Shown one piece after another: positions 26,467-33,446 of a DNA stretch of 64,000 nt (the stretch's first letter is position 1; the number at the start of each line of letters is the position of its first letter). This stretch comes from a virus. The DNA lies in IMG/VR virus record IMGVR_UViG_3300036715_001865, positions 32,001 through 96,000 of that record; one strand, given 5' to 3'. Below the pieces are notes generated by a model. The model was not told the DNA's origin. It made no database searches and worked only from the letters and a program-made list of their open reading frames with translations. The position numbers and the translations under genes are program-made.

Positions 26467-28854
26467 CTATATCATAGTATTATAAGTAGCACTAAATGAA
26501 GCATCTGTTGATCTCAATCTTGATGCAGCAGATGCTCGTTGTTCTTGAGTCATGGTTAATATGGCCAATTGTTTTTCTGATAATTCAACCAACTTAACAC
26601 TATTAGTTTGAATGACACTAAGTAAATCATTCGATAACTCCATATTTTTTAATTGAGTTGTTATACCAGTATTAGTTGACTTAGCTTCCACCAAGTGGTC
26701 TGTTGCAAGTTGTTCAGCTTTTGTTGGTTGAGATTTAGATGCTGGCTGGGCTGTTCCATCTGGTCCCAACCCTGGATTCGCAACTACAAATGCATTATAT
26801 TTTGTGTTAATTTCAGCATTGAATTTATCTGTTTCTTGTTTAGTTTTTGCTGCAGATTCTTTTGATTTTTGTAGCATCTCAACGATCTGTTCATTTGATT
26901 TGCCTTGAGCCTGCATTGCTATAATATTATCTTTATATTGCTTAGCTTCTGCGTCAGCTGTTTTTTTATTACTAGTGTTGGCATCTTCCTGGTCAGCAGC
27001 TGATTTAACCCCAGTCCAACCTTGAGTTAGTCCACCTAGTGTTTTTAAATATTGAGCTGTGGAATTTGCTGAAGAAGTAGGTGCAGAAGAAGAAGAAGAA
27101 GATGAGGCAGGGGTAGCCATACCTGGGGGTGTATCACTATTACCTCCAAATAATTTATTTCCTATAGCACTTAATACAACACCACCAGGTATTACCGATT
27201 TTAATGCAGTGGTTAATGCTGTTACAACCTGGTCAGCAACACCTGGTTCATGACCAGCAGTGATTAGTTCAGAAATCCCCATCCCTATTCCAGCCATTAT
27301 TATGGTTCCGTCGACAATACTTTTCCACATATGTACTGCAATATCTGCCACATTATTAACTGCTACAGCAACTGAGGTTGAACTTGACTGATACATAGTC
27401 CCAATCTTTTCCAGAGTTACCTCATTGGTGGCCGCTAATGTGGTTGAGAAAGGACTTCCAGTTCCAAACATTTCCTCTGTATTGGTTGCGCCCATTACAG
27501 ACGATGCCATGATAGAACCTATCATACTTCCACCCATACTATCTAACTTATTTGTTAATTCTGTTCCACGTTCCTGCATTGCTGCTTTATTCTGTTTATT
27601 TGGGGTTTTAGATAATTCATCAGCAAATGCACCCGCTTGCGAACCCATCCCAATCGCAGCACCTAATGCTCTTATTTTAGCAGCCTGTCTTAATCTATCT
27701 AACGGTTTTTGTGAACCTAATTTATTCAACATCTTGGCAGCATTACTAGCCTGTTCAGCACTCATACCCAGGGCTACATTATTCTTTAATAATGCTCGTT
27801 GATTTGCTAAAATAGATTCACGCTCATCCGCTCTTGCTGATTTCAATATAGTTAGTGCATCAGTATCTCCAACAATACCATCAATCATGGAATTAATAGC
27901 AGTTGCACTCATACCTGTTTGTCTAGCTAATGTATCCAAATCTTTATTGTATGCCAACATTGTAGCTTTAGTTGGTTTAACACCCTTTTCAGCAAAACTA
28001 GTTAATATTCCTATGTTTCCTCTTATAGAATCCTCAAGGCTACCATAATACATCCTCATTCCCATAATAGAACTCTCAGTTGTATCAATAGCCTTCCTCA
28101 TCCCACCCATCGCATTAACAGTTTGGCGATTTTGAGCCATTATTTCCAATACTTGTCCAGCATTAGTACCCATAGCAGTACTAAATTGTAAAATCCAAGA
28201 ATTTAAACTTCCGTCAAAATCCCCCAAAGTTGCTTCAATCACACCCGCTGATTTTGTGCCAGCATCCATAAATGTTTTTTGGTAAGTTGCGGCCATACTA
28301 CCGAGAGTAACTAAAGCACCTACTAATTTAAATAACCCACCAGTAGCTGTTCCTAATGCCCCACCAAATCCTTGCAAATCTGCAGTTGCTCGTTGTTGTT
28401 CTGCTCTGGCTGCTCTTAAATCGTTGCGAGTATCTAATCTATTTCGCACAGAAGCACGGCGGTTATCTCGTGCGTTATCTACCTCAATTTGTGCAGCTGC
28501 TTGCTCTGTTGCAGTTGTAGCAGCAGCTAACTTTGCTCTTGCATCTCTCTCTGCTCGTAACAATCTCTCTGCTTCTTTATTCTCTCGATTTAATCTAGCT
28601 ATGAGTTGAATCTCATCACGCTTTGCCTTTAACAATTCTTGTTGAGCTTTGCGTTGATCTTTTGTCGCTTTTGTCTGACGCTGAAAAGAGTCTTCTAAGT
28701 CTGCTAAACTTCTATTTGCAGTTCTTAGAGATTGTGAATAATCATAGCTATCTCGTATAGAACCGGATTGAGATGCAGCTAAGTTTCTCATTCCCTCTGT
28801 TAATGCTTTTATTTGTGCTGTTAGGGCTAACATTTCTGCTGATGTGGCTGACAT
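26467..28854 (-). CDS. Probable tail tape measure / hub protein (gp29-like)
   Basis: 795-aa Ala-rich helical/coiled-coil protein with hydrophobic Gly-rich stretches; next to the gp26/gp51-like genes. Confidence 0.6.
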   Translation of the reverse strand: MSATSAEMLALTAQIKALTEGMRNLAASQSGSIRDSYDYSQSLRTANRSLADLEDSFQRQTKATKDQRKAQQELLKAKRDEIQLIARLNRENKEAERLLRAERDARAKLAAATTATEQAAAQIEVDNARDNRRASVRNRLDTRNDLRAARAEQQRATADLQGFGGALGTATGGLFKLVGALVTLGSMAATYQKTFMDAGTKSAGVIEATLGDFDGSLNSWILQFSTAMGTNAGQVLEIMAQNRQTVNAMGGMRKAIDTTESSIMGMRMYYGSLEDSIRGNIGILTSFAEKGVKPTKATMLAYNKDLDTLARQTGMSATAINSMIDGIVGDTDALTILKSARADERESILANQRALLKNNVALGMSAEQASNAAKMLNKLGSQKPLDRLRQAAKIRALGAAIGMGSQAGAFADELSKTPNKQNKAAMQERGTELTNKLDSMGGSMIGSIMASSVMGATNTEEMFGTGSPFSTTLAATNEVTLEKIGTMYQSSSTSVAVAVNNVADIAVHMWKSIVDGTIIMAGIGMGISELITAGHEPGVADQVVTALTTALKSVIPGGVVLSAIGNKLFGGNSDTPPGMATPASSSSSSSAPTSSANSTAQYLKTLGGLTQGWTGVKSAADQEDANTSNKKTADAEAKQYKDNIIAMQAQGKSNEQIVEMLQKSKESAAKTKQETDKFNAEINTKYNAFVVANPGLGPDGTAQPASKSQPTKAEQLATDHLVEAKSTNTGITTQLKNMELSNDLLSVIQTNSVKLVELSEKQLAILTMTQEQRASAASRLRSTDASFSATYNTMI

Positions 28855-28979
28855 ATTCGAATCCTACTATGTTTAAAGATATATTAGTTATTTAGTAGAT
28901 TTCACCATAGTACCCCCACCGTTGTTTTTTCGTGTTTTTAGGGTAAAATGTATTAATATTATAAAATTAGGGGAATATC

Positions 28980-29258
28980 ATGAAAAACATACACAATGTA
29001 GGTGCAGCTGTTGGGAATATGGCTATAGGGTCAATTATGGTCTATATTGTCGCAATTATAAGTCCTATTGCTGGGATTGCTTTTGTATTTGTAATGAATA
29101 AGTATTTTCCAAATGTGGAAGTGTCTGGATGGGTTGCTGCTGTAGCTGTTGGATTGGTAGTATTAGATATTCTGCGTTCTTTAGTTGGAACTGTTAATTT
29201 TATTGCAATCTGTGTGTTGTTAGGTGTGTGTATTATATTTTCAAATATGCGATTTTAG
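28980..29258 (+). CDS. Small integral membrane protein
   Basis: 92 aa, almost entirely hydrophobic (2-3 TM segments); SD AGGGA. Confidence 0.6.
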   Translation: MKNIHNVGAAVGNMAIGSIMVYIVAIISPIAGIAFVFVMNKYFPNVEVSGWVAAVAVGLVVLDILRSLVGTVNFIAICVLLGVCIIFSNMRF

Positions 29259-29319
29259 TTGAAATTCCCCTGCTTTACCTGTAACATAAATACTGGTTTA
29301 CTATCATAGGAATTACAAC

Positions 29320-30144
29320 ATGAAGAAAACCGATCCTCAAGAAATTAATGTATTTGTTCCAAATCCATTGATGGCCGCATTAAGAATCCCTGGTGAATCT
29401 TTTCGATTACCATCTCAGGGACTATTTTATTCAGATGATGATGGTATATTTGATGAATCTGTGAAGAATGGTGAAGTTGAAGTATATCCAATGACTACAA
29501 TCGATGAAATCATTATCAGCACCCCTGATAAATTATTATCAGGAAAAGCTATTGTGGAAGTATTTCAACACTGTATCCCACAAATACTAAAACCAGATAA
29601 ATTACTAGCAAAAGATGTTGATTTTTTGATGGTGTGTCTACGGATGGTATCCTTTGGTCCAACCATGGAAGTTGTATACACTCATGATTGCAAAGATGCA
29701 AAACAACACACATATGTGGTTGATTTACAATCTATTATTCGACAAGCAAAGACTATCGATCCAACCACTATTGCTACAGAATATTCAACAACATTATCCA
29801 ACGGCCAAGTTGTAACATTACAACCAATGACATTTGGTGATGTCATTGATTTATATCAAACCACCTCATTACCAAAATCATCAGATGACAATCCTGAAGA
29901 AACTGTGAAAATGTTAGCAAAGACACTTACCGGTGTTATTAAAGACGTGAATGGAGTTACTGATAAATCACAAATTATGGAATGGGTTGCTGGTATATCT
30001 CTTGGCCACAAGAAACAAATACAAGAAACAGCTCATATGTTAAGTAATTGGGGTGTGGATATGATATCAATGCAAGAATGTAAGGATTGTCATGAAGAAA
30101 CAGAACTTCGGGTATCAGCTAATCCCGTAAGTTTTTTTTCATAA
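29320..30144 (+). CDS. gp26: Baseplate hub assembly protein, gp26-like
   Basis: 'LPSQGLFY', 'YPMTTIDE', 'DVDFLMVCLR..SFG', CxxC near the end, terminal 'SFF'; late-like CATAAATA at 29285-29292. Confidence 0.75.
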   Translation: MKKTDPQEINVFVPNPLMAALRIPGESFRLPSQGLFYSDDDGIFDESVKNGEVEVYPMTTIDEIIISTPDKLLSGKAIVEVFQHCIPQILKPDKLLAKDVDFLMVCLRMVSFGPTMEVVYTHDCKDAKQHTYVVDLQSIIRQAKTIDPTTIATEYSTTLSNGQVVTLQPMTFGDVIDLYQTTSLPKSSDDNPEETVKMLAKTLTGVIKDVNGVTDKSQIMEWVAGISLGHKKQIQETAHMLSNWGVDMISMQECKDCHEETELRVSANPVSFFS

Positions 30145-30368
30145 TGCTTAAATCAGGTACTCCACAAGATATTAGGAGTATGTTTGATAATATGGGAAGA
30201 GAAAGAAAACGGCTGGTTAAATCTGTTATTCAATTGGTTTATTTTATGAGAGGCTCTGTTCAATATGACCATATGATGAATATGTCATTAATTGAACGTG
30301 AGATGATAAGTGAATTTATTGAAAATAGATTAGAAGTCGAAGGAAAGAAAATGTATCCCGTTTATTAA
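30144..30368 (+). CDS. Baseplate hub assembly chaperone, gp51-like
   Basis: 74 aa 'LVYFMRG..QYD.MMNMSLIEREMI'; TAATG overlap with the gp26-like gene. Confidence 0.65.
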   Translation: MLKSGTPQDIRSMFDNMGRERKRLVKSVIQLVYFMRGSVQYDHMMNMSLIEREMISEFIENRLEVEGKKMYPVY

Positions 30369-30405
30369 TATCTGATTTAAGCACATTAATCACATCTAAC
30401 TACGT

Positions 30406-30456
30406 AACTCACCTAATTAAATCACAACTCAGAGTTGTGATTTAATTAGGTGAGTT
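30406..30456. repeat. 51-bp palindrome (25-bp perfect arms, 1-nt centre)
   Basis: AACTCACCTAATTAAATCACAACTC-A-GAGTTGTGATTTAATTAGGTGAGTT, checked base by base. Confidence 0.95.
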
Positions 30457-30479
30457 GTTTACTAATCAACAAATAATAT

Positions 30480-30707
30480 CTGCTTTTAAAACATATCCCT
30501 GCCCCCACATTAACGCAGTTGATTGGAAGTACCTGGCGACATGAATATCACATGTTTATTATATTTAACTATAGTTGACATCGCTCCTAAGTGGGTCAAA
30601 CTTTATAGGCATCATCCTAAAGGCTCGTTAAGTGCACATAGGTGCTCTTCTGTTCCCTCTTCACCGATAGGTCTGGTTTATCGGTTGCGTTGCGCGAAAT
30701 TACAACT
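30480..30707. other. Hairpin-rich non-coding tract (candidate structured RNA or cis-acting DNA site)
   Basis: At least five short stems; no credible ORF. Confidence 0.4.
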
Positions 30708-31205
30708 TTATGCGTTATGTAGTGGCTCTATAGACAATCCTGATTTAGCAATAAAGTAACTATCTACTATATCATATAAACCAGTTGTCTTTTTTACCCC
30801 TGAAGACAAAAAAAGATTTTGTGTGTTTATGGGTAAAACTTCAAATAAATCTTGTTTTTTTGTTTTTCCTTTAGTTTTACCAAGTGCTAATTTCTTAACA
30901 GCAGTTGGTGCTATAATATTACATATTATAGGTCTAAAAGAATCGACAATTAAAAATTGAAGGCCAGCTAATTGTCTTGTTGCATTACCAACACCACCAA
31001 AAGCTAATCCTTCAATACAAACTGTTTTAATGTTGTTATTATCAGCTATTTCTTTTAATTTGTCAACAACGATTCTAGCTCGGTGGTATATATCTCCATC
31101 TTCTATGGATGTTTTAATTGTACCAAAATTTAATATGTCCCCTTCAGGGGTGAGCACACAAAATCCAGTACAAGTAAAACTCTGATCGATGCCTAATATA
31201 TTCAT
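30708..31205 (-). CDS. ruvC: RuvC-like Holliday junction resolvase (phage type)
   Basis: 'ILGIDQSFTCTG', 'VCIEG', 'PTAVKK', 'DIVDSY' provide the D-E-D-D RNase H-fold residues. Confidence 0.85.
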   Translation of the reverse strand: MNILGIDQSFTCTGFCVLTPEGDILNFGTIKTSIEDGDIYHRARIVVDKLKEIADNNNIKTVCIEGLAFGGVGNATRQLAGLQFLIVDSFRPIICNIIAPTAVKKLALGKTKGKTKKQDLFEVLPINTQNLFLSSGVKKTTGLYDIVDSYFIAKSGLSIEPLHNA

Positions 31206-31240
31206 ATGCTTATTCCAGTTAAAGGTATATGTATATAGTA

Positions 31241-31993
31241 TTACCCATAACTAAATGAAACTCGTCCAGGTTGTCCATTAGTTCCTGGTCCTAATCTTCC
31301 ATCTCCACCATTCCCACCTACTGGTGCTGGATTTCTGCCACCATATATTGGACCAATCCATCCATACCCCAAGTAATCTGGGGAAGAACCTCTCCCACCT
31401 GGTTGCCCATTAGGGTTACCACCAACACCACCAAATCCATACTGTATACCTGGTTGCCCACCTTCCACTCTTACCAATTCAGCCCCTGTTGTATTATCAA
31501 ATATACCAGATTGCCCTCCCGCTACACCAGCAATAAATTGTACTGGATTGCCATTAGAGTCAAAATTGAACACATAATTACCATTGAATCGATAGGAGGC
31601 ACCCCATCCAACTTGGCCAACATCTATTCGAAGAATTTGGCCAGGAGTAACAGCCACACCCCAAGGGCCAAGCCATCCACCTGATCCACCCCCACTACCA
31701 ATCCAAGCATCTCCATCACTATAACAAGCACCAGCACCACCACCACCACCCCAAATATAATCAATAGAGAGGTAAGTAATATCCCAAGGAACAACCCACC
31801 AATATGAACCAGGCACATCATATAACATATATCCAGGAGCGGTAGGTGGTGGATCAGGTGGCCAATGCTTTGTCCACGCGCCACCTAAATTATGATGCAC
31901 CTTGGAACAAGGATACCAAACTCCCCCAATATTTTTAAATACTGCTCGGGGAACTGCCCAGTTCCCCCATTTGTTCAATAATAAACTAGCCAT
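31241..31993 (-). CDS. Glycine-rich fibre tip / adhesin-like protein
   Basis: Trp-rich N-terminus followed by many GGxGG motifs; directly downstream of the fibre gene. Confidence 0.65.
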   Translation of the reverse strand: MASLLLNKWGNWAVPRAVFKNIGGVWYPCSKVHHNLGGAWTKHWPPDPPPTAPGYMLYDVPGSYWWVVPWDITYLSIDYIWGGGGGAGACYSDGDAWIGSGGGSGGWLGPWGVAVTPGQILRIDVGQVGWGASYRFNGNYVFNFDSNGNPVQFIAGVAGGQSGIFDNTTGAELVRVEGGQPGIQYGFGGVGGNPNGQPGGRGSSPDYLGYGWIGPIYGGRNPAPVGGNGGDGRLGPGTNGQPGRVSFSYG

Positions 31994-32005
31994 TGTGCGT
32001 CTCCA

Positions 32006-33070
32006 TTATAATTGAAACCAGATGTCTCCATCGGCTCCACCTGATGGACCATCCCAAGATACCCACACTTGATGTTGTCCGCCCCAACCAGCTGGCATAT
32101 ATGCATGAGAATTCACAAAATCGTAGGTAGCATAATAAGCACCAATGCCACTATTTAAATTGGTAATTGCTGTAGTAATCGCAGCTTCGACCCAACTTTT
32201 GTGTACTAACTGGTTTGGATAGATAGGAGTTCTCCCATCATCAACTATATTACCGGATATGGCTATTATTCCATTACCTGCTACACCAGGAGTTCCTCCT
32301 GATGCAACAATTGCTGAATCGAACATAACAGAGCTTCCACTGGTCCAAAATTCAAAAGCTGCTGATGATGGACCAGTAAACTTACCCATCTGTATTTCGG
32401 GATATTTGGAACTACCTGAACCTTCAATCCACATATTAAGAAAAGCATCATTTGGAGTTGATGTAGTTACTTTTAGTGCACCAGTCATAGTGTCTCCAAC
32501 CTTTTTAACAAATGTGCTATTTGCAGCCGCATCGGCTGCAGCATCTGAAATTGAAGTATCCACGTATCCTTTTGTAGCAGCATCAAGTGGATGTCCGGCT
32601 CTTGGATCTGCGTTAAGAGTAAGATATCCTGTCATGATATCCCCTATCTTCTGTACAAATGTGGAAGCTGTTGATGACCCTAAATAATGTGAATCTGCAT
32701 ATTGTTCTGATATTAGATGTCTCCAACTGTTGAGAGTTGGATCATCACACACGTACATTTCGCTGGTGGTTAAATTAAACCAGGATTGTCCAAGAATTGG
32801 CTTGTTGATACCCAATCCTCCACTAGGAGATAAATCTAATCTTGATTTTGGAGTAGCAGGAGATGCAGTTTTTTCCATAACTGCAAAATTTTCCAATAAC
32901 CTATAAAAGTTTTGGTCAACTTCTTGTCCCCAACCTGTGCGACCATATCCGTAAAAGGTTAAGTCTGCATCTTGTTGGTGTTGTTCGTAGGGTCCTGAAG
33001 CGGACCCTACGTTAATTTGAAAGCGTAAATTGCCTTGAGAATTTATAATTGTATATGATGTAGTTGCCAT
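32006..33070 (-). CDS. Short tail fibre protein
   Basis: 'FYRLLENFA' attachment domain; 'FVxKxGDxMTGxL' and 'AATKGYVD' fibre repeats; terminal 'GPSGGADGDIWFQ'; late promoter at 33097-33104. Confidence 0.75.
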   Translation of the reverse strand: MATTSYTIINSQGNLRFQINVGSASGPYEQHQQDADLTFYGYGRTGWGQEVDQNFYRLLENFAVMEKTASPATPKSRLDLSPSGGLGINKPILGQSWFNLTTSEMYVCDDPTLNSWRHLISEQYADSHYLGSSTASTFVQKIGDIMTGYLTLNADPRAGHPLDAATKGYVDTSISDAAADAAANSTFVKKVGDTMTGALKVTTSTPNDAFLNMWIEGSGSSKYPEIQMGKFTGPSSAAFEFWTSGSSVMFDSAIVASGGTPGVAGNGIIAISGNIVDDGRTPIYPNQLVHKSWVEAAITTAITNLNSGIGAYYATYDFVNSHAYMPAGWGGQHQVWVSWDGPSGGADGDIWFQL

Positions 33071-33096
33071 TATACTGGTCCATAGTAGTGATTATG

Positions 33097-33104
33097 TATT
33101 TATA
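33097..33104 (-). promoter_or_regulatory. Late promoter TATAAATA (fibre gene)
   Basis: Exact consensus. Confidence 0.85.
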
Positions 33105-33105
33105 C

Positions 33106-33405
33106 TTAATCACTACTATCATCATCATAAGAGGATAGCGCATCACTAACCATCCGTAAGGTTCTACTATCTATATCATGTTTTGTTAACATTCTAAGAT
33201 ACTGAACCAAACTATACCCGTCTGTTTGTAATATGTTTGGATTACGTCCTAAACTAGAAATAGTTTGGATTAGATCGGTTATGAGTGTTTTATCTTGAGG
33301 GGTAGCTGACTGTTTTAGCTTTTTCAAAGATTTTGTAGCATCAACAATCAACCCACCAACTGCATTGTCATCCCCTAACACCATTAATTCATATAATAAC
33401 TTCAC
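33106..33405 (-). CDS. Hypothetical protein
   Basis: 99-aa ORF, GTG start after AGGA. Confidence 0.6.
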   Translation of the reverse strand: MKLLYELMVLGDDNAVGGLIVDATKSLKKLKQSATPQDKTLITDLIQTISSLGRNPNILQTDGYSLVQYLRMLTKHDIDSRTLRMVSDALSSYDDDSSD

Positions 33406-33446
33406 AATAACATCCTAAATAAATAGTATTTATTGTGAATGTGTTG

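Noticed and set aside
30510-30759. 78-aa plus-strand ORF (30523..30759) and a 23-codon minus-strand ORF (30510..30581)
   Set aside because: The first overlaps the resolvase antisense and has no SD. The second has AGGAG only 2 nt from ATG, too close for efficient initiation.
30708-31205. RuvC gene as TnpB/Cas12/IscB-like RNA-guided nuclease
   Set aside because: It is only 165 aa with a contiguous resolvase-type active site; no REC/wedge, bridge helix, zinc finger or transposon ends.
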